Shown here: one piece after another, positions 15,888 to 25,059 of the stretch
How positions within the stretch are numbered: the stretch's first letter is position 1
Layout: each line of letters starts with the position of its first letter
Source: a virus
Taxonomy: Duplodnaviria; Caudoviricetes
Length of the DNA stretch: 53,387 bases
Virus record (IMG/VR): IMGVR_UViG_3300032282_002272
Location: 1-53,387 of that record
Reading direction: 5' to 3' (one strand)
Notes under the pieces: generated by a model
What the model was told of the DNA's origin: nothing
Databases searched by the model: none
What the model saw: only the letters and a program-made list of their open reading frames with translations
Program-made: the position numbers and the translations under genes

Positions 15888-15986
15888 TTATATTTTTGTT
15901 ATGCTTATTTGGGCCGGTGGCGTAAAGAAATACGCAAAGGAAAATGCACCACAACCCGCAATGACAGTAGAAATGGTAGATTGAAA

Positions 15987-16490
15987 ATGACAAAGAATAT
16001 TGCCGAAACAATCGAAACAGCACAAATTCGCATCGCACAACTCCGTCAAGAAATTAGGACGATGTGTGAAAATATTTTTATGGAAGTCAAGGATGATTTC
16101 TTTAACAAATATCCACAAGTAAAGACCATTTATTTTGCAGCATACACACCATATTTTAATGATGGTGATCCATGTGAATATGGTATTAGGGGTGTTAATT
16201 TTTCCCCCAATAGTTGGAAAATTATTACAAGTTCAAATCATGATTATGAGGTTGAAGATACTGATGAAGAAGATTATGAGGAAGGTGAGGAACGCCCAAT
16301 GCATGATTTTAACAGTTATTATCAAAAGGAAGCTGGATACACTATCTCTGATGAATTTAAGTCAGATATGAATGCATTTGATAGATTTCTTTCACGTAAT
16401 GAAGATTTTTGCCTAAGTGCATGGGGGGATCACGTTTTTGTTCGCATTCATCGCGATGGCATTGAAGTAGAAGAACACGAACACGATTAA
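15987..16490 (+). CDS. Acidic hypothetical phage protein
   Basis: YTPYFNDGDPC ... EHEHD. Confidence 0.75.
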   Translation: MTKNIAETIETAQIRIAQLRQEIRTMCENIFMEVKDDFFNKYPQVKTIYFAAYTPYFNDGDPCEYGIRGVNFSPNSWKIITSSNHDYEVEDTDEEDYEEGEERPMHDFNSYYQKEAGYTISDEFKSDMNAFDRFLSRNEDFCLSAWGDHVFVRIHRDGIEVEEHEHD

Positions 16491-16560
16491 TATATTCTTA
16501 AACAATTTATATATTTACAGTAAAAATTTTTAATATATTAAAGAATGGTTAAGAAATTAA

Positions 16561-16740
16561 ATGTATAATATTGAAGAAAAAATTGATAATATTTTATCTA
16601 TTCTAAATGATCTAAAATATCGTATTGGTGAAATTGAACGTCGAACGGATGATACAGATATTGACATTTATGATTTAAAGAATGATATTTCTGAAATGAA
16701 AGATACTATTACTGAATTAAAGGAACCAACAATACCATGA
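16561..16740 (+). CDS. Small coiled-coil protein
   Basis: MYNIEEKIDNILSILNDLK...; ATGA overlap with next gene. Confidence 0.6.
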   Translation: MYNIEEKIDNILSILNDLKYRIGEIERRTDDTDIDIYDLKNDISEMKDTITELKEPTIP

Positions 16741-16928
16741 TTTCCACATTTTTTGCTGTTTATTTGACGATTGCCGGTGTAGTTACTGGTGATTCTCTCA
16801 TTCGAGAATTAAAGAATGATTCATTTTGCCAGGATGCAATTAAAGAAGTTCTGTTAATGAATGAAGTTATTGCTAAACAAGACCCAACTAAACGCCTTGT
16901 TGCTATTTGTGCGATTCAAATGAATTAA
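16737..16928 (+). CDS. Small exported or membrane protein
   Basis: Hydrophobic N-terminus, two Cys. Confidence 0.6.
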   Translation: MISTFFAVYLTIAGVVTGDSLIRELKNDSFCQDAIKEVLLMNEVIAKQDPTKRLVAICAIQMN

Positions 16929-16930
16929 TA

Positions 16931-17101
16931 ATGACCGATACTAATTACTCAATTGAATCATTAAAAAAATCCGCTTTTTCCCATGAACTAAAGAATAATT
17001 TTGAATATGACCAAACGTTGACAGAAGATGAACGTTTGGTCATACAATCGTATTTTGACAAACGCCTCAAAGAGATTGATACTGGCCTTAATGAAAGATA
17101 A
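16931..17101 (+). CDS. Hypothetical protein
   Basis: Fills gap before ligase. Confidence 0.55.
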   Translation: MTDTNYSIESLKKSAFSHELKNNFEYDQTLTEDERLVIQSYFDKRLKEIDTGLNER

Positions 17102-17112
17102 GGAATTTATGA

Positions 17113-18189
17113 ATGCGTAAACTTGCAACAATTCGTAAAATTAACAACATTTTTCCAATTCCAGAGGCAGATGCAATTGAATGTGCTGTTGTTGATGGCT
17201 GGGAAGTAGTGGTAAAGAAAGATGATTTTTCTGTTGGTGATCACTGTATCTATCTAGAAATTGATAGTTGGGTTCCAACTGATCTTGCACCTTTTCTTTC
17301 AAAAGGAAAAGAACCGCGCGAATATATGGGAATTAAGGGCGAACGCCTAAAGACTGCACGAATGAAAAAGCAATTATCCCAAGGTCTAATTCTCAAAATT
17401 GATGATTTCCCGCAAGTTAAAGAATTGTATGATAATCTAAATCTTGTCACTTCTGACACAGATGAAAATTATGATGTAAGTGAATTGCTTGGTATTATCA
17501 AGTGGGAACCAGAATTGAACGCGAAACTTGGCGGTCGTATTCGCGGTAATTTTCCATCGTTCATTCCTAAGACTGATCAAGAACGTATTCAGAATCTTAC
17601 TCGTAAGCTAGAATACTGGAAAGAATATTCAAAGGAATTTTCCCTGTGGGAAGTTTCCGAAAAGCTAGATGGTAGCAGCATGACTGTTTATATTAATGCT
17701 GATGATGACACATTTCATGTTTGTTCCCGCAATCTAGATTTGGAATGTGATGAAAACAATGCATTTTGGCGAGCGGCAATTAATCAGAATCTAAAAGAAA
17801 AACTTCAAACCATGAATAATCTCTATGGTGGAAGTCTTGCACTTCAAGGCGAATTGATTGGTGAGGGTATTCAAAAAAATCCATACAAAATGCATGATAT
17901 TAAATTTCGTGTTTTTGATATCTATGACATTCAAAATGTATCGTATGTTCCATCACGTATGAGGGAATTGCTGTGTGTTGGTGGTAATATTGAACAGGTT
18001 CCAATCATTGACGCATATTGGTTAATGCCAAGGGATATTACAGTGGCGGGTTTGCTAACTCTGGCCGAGGGAAAATCGGTTCTAAACGAAAAAACCGAAC
18101 GTGAGGGATTGGTATTTAAAAATAAAGTTTATCCTAATCTCTCCTTCAAAGCTATTTCCAATAAATTCCTTTTAAAGAATGATGGTTAA
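17113..18189 (+). CDS. RNA ligase, DRB0094/Rnl5-like with N-terminal OB domain
   Basis: MRKLATIR, SQGLIL, FPSFIPKTDQERIQN, motif I EKLDGSS, QGE, EGLV, FKAISN. Confidence 0.92.
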   Translation: MRKLATIRKINNIFPIPEADAIECAVVDGWEVVVKKDDFSVGDHCIYLEIDSWVPTDLAPFLSKGKEPREYMGIKGERLKTARMKKQLSQGLILKIDDFPQVKELYDNLNLVTSDTDENYDVSELLGIIKWEPELNAKLGGRIRGNFPSFIPKTDQERIQNLTRKLEYWKEYSKEFSLWEVSEKLDGSSMTVYINADDDTFHVCSRNLDLECDENNAFWRAAINQNLKEKLQTMNNLYGGSLALQGELIGEGIQKNPYKMHDIKFRVFDIYDIQNVSYVPSRMRELLCVGGNIEQVPIIDAYWLMPRDITVAGLLTLAEGKSVLNEKTEREGLVFKNKVYPNLSFKAISNKFLLKNDG

Positions 18190-18362
18190 TTAAAATAAAA
18201 TATCACCAATTTTATTTTGAAACAGATAATGTAGGTTTCAGAAATAGATGGTTTAGGCGCCCGTATACTAAAATTATCACGGAAAAGAAAGGTATAAATT
18301 TTTACGAGACAACGATTTATGCCGAAGATAAATCAGAGGAAAATTACACAACAGATAATGAT

Positions 18363-18692
18363 GTGTATGATGCATTTCGTTCACATATAAGAGCGTGTGA
18401 AAAATATTTTGCAAAAAATCATTGTTTGTTTATTGTTGGTGGTAAACGATACACACGCATTTATCAGATTGGAATGTATATTATGAACCACCACGTAAAA
18501 GTAAAATATACAGATGGATATCCATTTAAATTTCTCACGCGCAAACCAACAAAAAGTTTAGAGTTTTATTACTCCTACTGGCATTCTAAAAATTTAGAAG
18601 AGAAGTTGCTGACATATATGAAAAAGGTGGATGAATTAAAATTAACTAACTTAAAGACAATGGAATTTAGTGGTTATTATTTGAAGGAATAG
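18363..18692 (+). CDS. Hypothetical protein (frame open from 18183)
   Basis: ORF track; start uncertain. Confidence 0.6.
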   Translation: MYDAFRSHIRACEKYFAKNHCLFIVGGKRYTRIYQIGMYIMNHHVKVKYTDGYPFKFLTRKPTKSLEFYYSYWHSKNLEEKLLTYMKKVDELKLTNLKTMEFSGYYLKE

Positions 18693-18697
18693 ATATT

Positions 18698-19468
18698 ATG
18701 AAATATATGGGCGGTAAACATAGGCACGCAAAACAAATTATTGCTGCTATTATGAAAGATTTGGATGGCAAGATTGATTTCACCAAGAAAAATATTTGGA
18801 TTGAACCATTTGTTGGTGGCGCAAATGTAATCGACAAAGTTGATCCAAATATTTTTATGACTAGATTTGGGTTTGACATTAATGGTTATGTAATGACCAT
18901 GTTTAGATCATTGGCGAATGGATCGTGGGTTCCACCAACTAATTTAAGTGAAGAACAATATTATGAATTAAAAGAAAAATATCAAAATGGTAGTGACCAT
19001 TATAGTAGTTTGGCTGCTGATATCGCCTTTGCTGCCGTAGCCTGTTCTTATGGGGGTAAATGGTGGGGTGGTTATGCGCGGGGTAATACTAACAAGGGAA
19101 CACCACGCAATTATGCCAGAGAAGCACATGACCATCTAATGAAACAAAAAGAAAAATTAACTGATACTTTTTTTCTTTTAGCGGATTATAAAGATGTTGA
19201 TATAATTAGTGGAATGGATTATAATTATGTGATTTATTGTGATCCACCATACCGCGATACCACCAAATATGATTTCAGTAAAAATTTTGATCATGACGAT
19301 TTTTGGAAGTGGTGTGACCAAATGGTAACTTGCGGTCACACGGTATATGTGTCAGAATACGATGCACCTGAAGGATGGACGTGCATTTGGTCAAAAGAAA
19401 ATGTCAATTCCAGTTTGACTAAAAATACTGGCGTAAAAAAGCTGTTGAAAAATTATTTACAAAGGTAA
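18698..19468 (+). CDS. DNA adenine methyltransferase (Dam/D12 class)
   Basis: KYMGGK, EPFVGG, YCDPPY, VSEY. Confidence 0.92.
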   Translation: MKYMGGKHRHAKQIIAAIMKDLDGKIDFTKKNIWIEPFVGGANVIDKVDPNIFMTRFGFDINGYVMTMFRSLANGSWVPPTNLSEEQYYELKEKYQNGSDHYSSLAADIAFAAVACSYGGKWWGGYARGNTNKGTPRNYAREAHDHLMKQKEKLTDTFFLLADYKDVDIISGMDYNYVIYCDPPYRDTTKYDFSKNFDHDDFWKWCDQMVTCGHTVYVSEYDAPEGWTCIWSKENVNSSLTKNTGVKKLLKNYLQR

Positions 19469-19474
19469 TTTAAA

Positions 19475-19951
19475 ATGAATACTCTCAGTTGGTTGATTCT
19501 CTTTGGTGGTTTTGTTGATCGCCTTAGCGGTAGTATTACCGCACTAATTTTTATCACTGCCATTGGAACAATCGTTTCTACTATTATTTATCTAATAGCA
19601 ATTGGTGGAAATAATGAAGATTATAGTTATCGTCGCGATCTATACAAATATCTCGATAAGGAAGAAGCAGCCGCACTGTATAATAAGCGCATGGAAACAG
19701 TTTATACTCCTTGGCGCAAGAGGAACAAGATGGGCGCCATTCTGTTTCTTGTCTTTCTTGGAATTTTCACAATTACACCATCAAAGAGAGATATTACACT
19801 AGTTGCCGCCTCTGAAATTGGTGAACGTGTTATCAAGTCAGATACAGTCAACAAGTTGGTTGATCCCAGCGTCGAATATCTCAATGAATGGATTAAGGCC
19901 GAACTGTCAAATCTAAAGGAAAATAGGAGTAATGGCATTGGAAAAAAGTGA
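19475..19951 (+). CDS. Membrane protein
   Basis: Two to three transmembrane segments. Confidence 0.8.
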   Translation: MNTLSWLILFGGFVDRLSGSITALIFITAIGTIVSTIIYLIAIGGNNEDYSYRRDLYKYLDKEEAAALYNKRMETVYTPWRKRNKMGAILFLVFLGIFTITPSKRDITLVAASEIGERVIKSDTVNKLVDPSVEYLNEWIKAELSNLKENRSNGIGKK

Positions 19952-20096
19952 TTTAATTGAATATCTAAAAGAAAATCTTAGGATTGAATTAGATAACTAT
20001 TATTCCTTTGGTTCATCCGGTGTTAATGTCACTGTTAAACTTTATTTAAATGATGATGAAATTAGTAGTGATAGCACATGTATTAGGGCGAATTAA
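19932..20096 (+). CDS. Small hypothetical protein (54 aa)
   Basis: AGGAG RBS; MALEKSDLIEYLKENLRIEL... Confidence 0.65.
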   Translation: MALEKSDLIEYLKENLRIELDNYYSFGSSGVNVTVKLYLNDDEISSDSTCIRAN

Positions 20097-20097
20097 A

Positions 20098-20334
20098 ATG
20101 GCATATTATGAATATAAAAGAGTCAGGGATTTACTCCCTGACGATTATCTCACAACAGAAAATTTTCGAAGAAAATGTTGTGGTGATAAAGGCTGTCTCA
20201 GTACTAAGCATCCTTGTGTATATGAGGGGACTGCTGATTATGATGGTGACATGTGGATCATGACGGCGTATTATATTGTGGAACTTCAAGAAAAAATTGA
20301 AGAACTGCAAATGCAAATTTCCTCACTTACATAG
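20098..20334 (+). CDS. Hypothetical protein
   Basis: Start revised to MAYYEY. Confidence 0.65.
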   Translation: MAYYEYKRVRDLLPDDYLTTENFRRKCCGDKGCLSTKHPCVYEGTADYDGDMWIMTAYYIVELQEKIEELQMQISSLT

Positions 20335-20343
20335 AGAAAAACA

Positions 20344-20724
20344 ATGATGACACCAGAACAAAAAATTAAGCACTCAATTCTACATAAGTATTTCACCGAA
20401 AATGATATTGCATTACCAGTTATCACAGAGGATACAATTGATGATTTGTATGATGAAAATATAGATGATCTTGGCGATACTGAATATGAATTTCGTAGTG
20501 GTGATGAAGAAACTGATATTCCATGTGACTACAGCCGTCACTATGAAAGCCAAAGTGTAGCCGCGAAAATGGTGGATGGCTCTTGGGTGGGCTGGACTTA
20601 TTGGTATGGTGGTGGTAAGCATGGTGAACCCCAATCTATGCCGTGGATGGAAGAGGCTTATGACCTAGACATTCAAGAAGAAGAAAAATTGGTAGTTATT
20701 AGGACATTCACCAAAAAGGAATAA
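20344..20724 (+). CDS. Hypothetical phage protein
   Basis: DGSWVGWTYWYGGGKHGEP motif. Confidence 0.8.
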   Translation: MMTPEQKIKHSILHKYFTENDIALPVITEDTIDDLYDENIDDLGDTEYEFRSGDEETDIPCDYSRHYESQSVAAKMVDGSWVGWTYWYGGGKHGEPQSMPWMEEAYDLDIQEEEKLVVIRTFTKKE

Positions 20725-20949
20725 GTTAAAGTGACTACTCCTGAAAGAATTATGCCAGAACGAAAATTTTATGGTAGTCGTGGTGGCGCATTGGTTATGC
20801 ATCTTGCTAAATTACTTCCCGATATGGTCCGCCGCTGAAACATTTTTTCATATCAAAAAGAAACAATATGAAAAAATTTTAGTCCAAATAAAAAAATTGC
20901 GACCCAAAAAAGATACAATTACAATCAAATATGAAAATTGGCCCTAAAC

Positions 20950-21426
20950 ATGAATCAAGATAATAAAATATTTCTACATTCTCTATTAGATATGGGGATA
21001 TCATATCTAGATCAAATTGATAGAAATCGAAGATTACGTAATGAAAAAATTGTAGACATTTTAGGAAAAATTTTAAAATTTTTCAAATGTTATGAACCAC
21101 AAAAATGTGGTAATAATGTAAATATATCTGATTTATATGAACAATTTATTCATATTGAGCGATATTACCAACCAATTAATTATTTTACTTTTGAAAAATT
21201 GGGTGAATTTATTCCATCCGAGTATGATTTTCAATACTTATTTTCCGACAAAGGTAGCAATTCTTGTTTTTTGAAGGTAAAAGATTTTAAAAATGTTCCA
21301 TATTCCAGTGTTACAACACAATCCACGCAACTCTCATTAATGGAAGTCATGGCATATACATGTTTTCTGGCGTATAAAGAAATTTTAGAAAATACAGAAA
21401 TACAACAATACGAAAATTGGCCTTGA
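20950..21426 (+). CDS. Hypothetical protein
   Basis: Long open frame. Confidence 0.65.
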   Translation: MNQDNKIFLHSLLDMGISYLDQIDRNRRLRNEKIVDILGKILKFFKCYEPQKCGNNVNISDLYEQFIHIERYYQPINYFTFEKLGEFIPSEYDFQYLFSDKGSNSCFLKVKDFKNVPYSSVTTQSTQLSLMEVMAYTCFLAYKEILENTEIQQYENWP

Positions 21427-21471
21427 CATTTCGGGGCCTTTTTTGTATAGTGGCGCCAAAGGAGAATAATA

Positions 21472-22059
21472 ATGGGTAATATTTTTTTAACGTCGGATCA
21501 ACATTTTGGTCACGCGAATATTCTTAATTTCACAGATAGGGACGGCAATAAAATCCGCCCACACTGGAATAATGTAGAGGATATGGATAATGATTTGGTT
21601 GAACGCTACAACGCAGTAGTCAAGCCCGGTGACAAGGTGTATTTCCTGGGTGACATCGCCATGAAACGTGCATATATTTCCACTGTGGGGCGTCTAAATG
21701 GCGATAAGGTTCTGATCAAGGGAAACCACGACGTTGCTGAATTACGGGAATACACGAAATATTTCAGAGATATTAGAGCATGTCATGTATTAAATAATAT
21801 GATTATGACGCACATTCCTATTCATCTAGATGGAAAAGTTCGTTATATTGTTAATATTCATGGACATTTACATAATAATGTAATGAAAGAGGATGGAAGA
21901 CAATGGTATATAAATGTAAGTGTGGAACAAACAAATTTTACACCTATTGCTTTTGATGATATTGAACAACGAGTTAAAAATATTTTTGGTATAAATTCAA
22001 TTAAAGAAATTTATACCAAAATTCGAGAAGAATCTAAATTACAAGAAAATAATTTCTAA
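21472..22059 (+). CDS. Calcineurin-like metallophosphoesterase
   Basis: SDQHFGH, LGD, GNHD, HGHLH; promoter TTGACA-N17-TATAGT at 21423-21451. Confidence 0.92.
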   Translation: MGNIFLTSDQHFGHANILNFTDRDGNKIRPHWNNVEDMDNDLVERYNAVVKPGDKVYFLGDIAMKRAYISTVGRLNGDKVLIKGNHDVAELREYTKYFRDIRACHVLNNMIMTHIPIHLDGKVRYIVNIHGHLHNNVMKEDGRQWYINVSVEQTNFTPIAFDDIEQRVKNIFGINSIKEIYTKIREESKLQENNF

Positions 22060-22271
22060 TGTTATTAAAAGATCAAGAAAAAATATATGCGGCTATTGAC
22101 GGTCGCATGGCATATGATTTAGATAATACATCACAAAAAGATGGTGCAACATTACAAGAAATTTTACTTCGTTTAGCAGAACCACATTATCATATTAAAT
22201 CTGCTTACAGTTTATATTCTTATGATAAAGAACTACAACAAATTTGTATGAAAGCATATGAAGGAGCATAA
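22059..22271 (+). CDS. Hypothetical protein
   Basis: TAATG coupling. Confidence 0.65.
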   Translation: MLLKDQEKIYAAIDGRMAYDLDNTSQKDGATLQEILLRLAEPHYHIKSAYSLYSYDKELQQICMKAYEGA

Positions 22272-22273
22272 AA

Positions 22274-22420
22274 ATGGCTGATTTTACAGAAACAGAAGGC
22301 GCAGAAGATTTATTCTATGAATTAGAAACACTTCTAGAGGAATATTCTACTGTCCCTCCAGATATGAAAATTAAAATTTTAGAAATGTTAATTGCTGATA
22401 TTGAACATGAAAGTAATTAA
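22274..22420 (+). CDS. Small acidic protein (48 aa)
   Basis: AAGGAG RBS; MADFTETEGAEDLFYELE... Confidence 0.6.
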   Translation: MADFTETEGAEDLFYELETLLEEYSTVPPDMKIKILEMLIADIEHESN

Positions 22421-23948
22421 TTTTTTTGGTGCTCCCGCCGCAGGTAAATGTTTAAAAAAAGGAACAAATGTATTATTGTATGATGGTAGATTTGTTCCTA
22501 TTGAACAAATAACAATTAATGATGTATTGATGGGGCCAGATTCTACCCCTAGACATATTAAAAAATTATTTTATGGTATAGAACAATTATATTCTATTAA
22601 ATTAGATAATAATACTGTAATAGAAGCAACAGGCAATCATATATTAGCATTAAAAAATACGAAAAAAAATTTAAATAAAATTACTTTTATTACAATACGC
22701 GATTATGTGAATAAAGATAAAACATTTAAAGATAGAAATAAATTATTTTTTAATGGGGTTGAATTTGCATATAAAGATGTGTTAATTGATCCATATTATA
22801 TTGGTATGTGGTTAGGTGACGGGCATTCGGATGCATACAACAGAATTACAAATGCCGATCAAGAAGTAGTCGAATATTTAAAATATTTTGCAGAAAATTG
22901 GGGGGAATTAAGCACTTTAGTTAAAGTAGGAAATAGTAAATTTACATATTCAATAAAAAGACAGATTAATAAAGGCGAACCGTTATTGTTGAAATATTTT
23001 CGTATCTATAATTTATTAAATAATAAACATATTCCAAAAAATTATTTAATAAATGACGAAAATACAAGATTACAAATATTGGCAGGATTAATAGATTCTG
23101 ATGGTTATTTTGATAAAAGGAAAAATATTTATGAAATTATAACAAAATTTAAGAAATTATCAGAAGATATAAAATTTATTTGTCAATCTTTAGGGTTTAA
23201 AGTAACGATCATTAATAAATTTAATAAAAAATATCAAAAAAATTATTATAGAATTTTTATCATGGGGAAAAATTTAAATAAAATTCCATGTAAAATAACC
23301 CGTAAAAAATGCACTTCTGATGTTAGAAAAACTAATACCAGTTTAATAAAAATAAATTCTGTAACACATAATGATAATTTTGACGAATATTATGGTTTTG
23401 AATTAGACGGAGATAATTTATTCATAATTGATAATTTTATAATAACTCATAATTCGACGACTGCGGCGGGACTTTTTAATATGATGAAAATGGCGGGGTT
23501 TAATTGTGAATTAGTAACCGAGTATGCAAAGGATTTAACATGGTCTGACAGCCAGAAAGCCTTAGCTTACCAGCCCTACGTCATGGCGAACCAACAATGG
23601 CGCGTAGAACGCTTGAACGGGCTTGTGGACTATGTTATCACGGATAGTCCAATCATCCTTTCCTCGGTTTACTGTGAGGATACCATGCCGCAATGTTTTC
23701 ATGAATATATTTTATGGGAACACAATCGTTTTCCTAGTATCAATTTTTACATTGAACGATGTAAACCCTATTCGTCTATTGGTAGAAATCAAACTGAAAA
23801 AGAAGCAAATCTTATTGGTGAAAAAATCAAAGAAAAGATAAAAAAATGGAATATAGAATTTCATATGATTTTATCTGGTGACGGAACGGCAGCAATAACT
23901 GCATTTAGTTATATTTCATCGTTGCACGGGCCATGGTCTCCCGCGTAA
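22407..23948 (+). CDS. NadR-like/AAA_28 P-loop kinase interrupted by an intein
   Basis: Extein KVINFFGAPAAGK|STTAAGLF...ELVTEYAK...ITDSP...GRNQT. Confidence 0.85.
   Translation: MKVINFFGAPAAGKCLKKGTNVLLYDGRFVPIEQITINDVLMGPDSTPRHIKKLFYGIEQLYSIKLDNNTVIEATGNHILALKNTKKNLNKITFITIRDYVNKDKTFKDRNKLFFNGVEFAYKDVLIDPYYIGMWLGDGHSDAYNRITNADQEVVEYLKYFAENWGELSTLVKVGNSKFTYSIKRQINKGEPLLLKYFRIYNLLNNKHIPKNYLINDENTRLQILAGLIDSDGYFDKRKNIYEIITKFKKLSEDIKFICQSLGFKVTIINKFNKKYQKNYYRIFIMGKNLNKIPCKITRKKCTSDVRKTNTSLIKINSVTHNDNFDEYYGFELDGDNLFIIDNFIITHNSTTAAGLFNMMKMAGFNCELVTEYAKDLTWSDSQKALAYQPYVMANQQWRVERLNGLVDYVITDSPIILSSVYCEDTMPQCFHEYILWEHNRFPSINFYIERCKPYSSIGRNQTEKEANLIGEKIKEKIKKWNIEFHMILSGDGTAAITAFSYISSLHGPWSPA
22449..23453 (+). 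mobile_element. Intein (335 aa) with LAGLIDADG homing endonuclease
   Basis: Starts CLKKGT, block B TGNH, IGMWLGDG and LAGLIDSDG, ends THN followed by Ser. Confidence 0.95.
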
Positions 23949-24188
23949 TTTAGGAGACACATAAGACCACAATGTTTTTAATGAAAAACATTTTTCATTA
24001 TGCCAGCGTAAAATCATATTTGTTTGAAATTCTTGTCCACACGCAAAACAAACTGATTTAGAAATCATTGGATGATTAGGATCATCCTCACATTTTTGCT
24101 TGTGGGCTTCACTTATTTTCTCTATAGTTTTTTTTGTATGATGAACAAAATTGGGCGGTAATTTCTTACGCCCTGCTTTTTTTGCCAT
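23916..24188 (-). CDS. NUMOD3-like motif / Zn-finger small protein
   Basis: HHTKKTIEKISEAHK; CxxC...H...C. Confidence 0.6.
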   Translation of the reverse strand: MAKKAGRKKLPPNFVHHTKKTIEKISEAHKQKCEDDPNHPMISKSVCFACGQEFQTNMILRWHNEKCFSLKTLWSYVSPKLRGRPWPVQR

Positions 24189-24597
24189 TTTTCAATAATT
24201 CAATTCTACGTTGCATATACCAAATACCTTTTTCTAAATCTTCAATTTCTGTATTAGCATCTTTTACCCCAGCACGTAAAATATATTTTACAGTATTTCC
24301 AAGATGAAATCCTAATTTATAATATTCAATAATATTGATAACTTCCATAGGCCCAGGTGAATAATGATCTGGGTGATTTACTTTTTCTTTTTTATTTGAT
24401 ACAGGTTCAATTGAATTAATTTGCATTGTATTATTATCATTATTATTGTCTAAGCCATATAAAATAGGACTACTAGGAATAGTAATATTAACTGTATTTA
24501 TTGAACAATACTCACATTCATCAATACCAAATTTTTTACAATCACAATCTGCTGGGTCACAATTTACATAACCACAATTACAATTCATACTAGTCAT
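24166..24597 (-). CDS. DUF3310 (T7 gp1.7 kinase-like) protein with Cys-rich N-terminus
   Basis: VNHPDHY, GNTVKY, EDLEKGIWY. Confidence 0.8.
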   Translation of the reverse strand: MTSMNCNCGYVNCDPADCDCKKFGIDECEYCSINTVNITIPSSPILYGLDNNNDNNTMQINSIEPVSNKKEKVNHPDHYSPGPMEVINIIEYYKLGFHLGNTVKYILRAGVKDANTEIEDLEKGIWYMQRRIELLKNGKKSRA

Positions 24598-25057
24598 TTA
24601 ATTTTTTCCTTCTTCGTGTAATAACTTTCCAATCTTTAATTGCTTTCATTTTATGTATAAAATTTGCATCATGGAAAAAAGGTTTATCTGTTTCTAAATG
24701 ACGTATTTCGTGTTGAACCCGTAAAGCATCGTATCCCATTAATGATTCAGTAATAACTAAACCATTAACATTTTGATATCGTAACCGAATACTAACAGGC
24801 CGCGTCATCTTAACAATTAAACCAGGATATGAATAACAAATATCATAATAAACTGCTTTTTCATCGCTAGTATGAACTATTTTAGGATTGAAAGCAACTA
24901 CTAAATTAGGGGCTTTTACTCTTTTAAATCCTATAACTTGATAATTGATTCCAATCTCTGGTCCTGCAACTCCATTGACATTATCATCTTTTAATATTTC
25001 TAAGATTTTATTTTCAATTTCATATGCAACATCACCAAATTCTGAAAATTTTTCCAT
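24590..25057 (-). CDS. def: Divergent peptide deformylase-like protein
   Basis: GVAGPEIG, FNP, DICYSYPG, QHEIRHL. Confidence 0.75.
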   Translation of the reverse strand: MEKFSEFGDVAYEIENKILEILKDDNVNGVAGPEIGINYQVIGFKRVKAPNLVVAFNPKIVHTSDEKAVYYDICYSYPGLIVKMTRPVSIRLRYQNVNGLVITESLMGYDALRVQHEIRHLETDKPFFHDANFIHKMKAIKDWKVITRRRKKLND

Positions 25058-25059
25058 GA

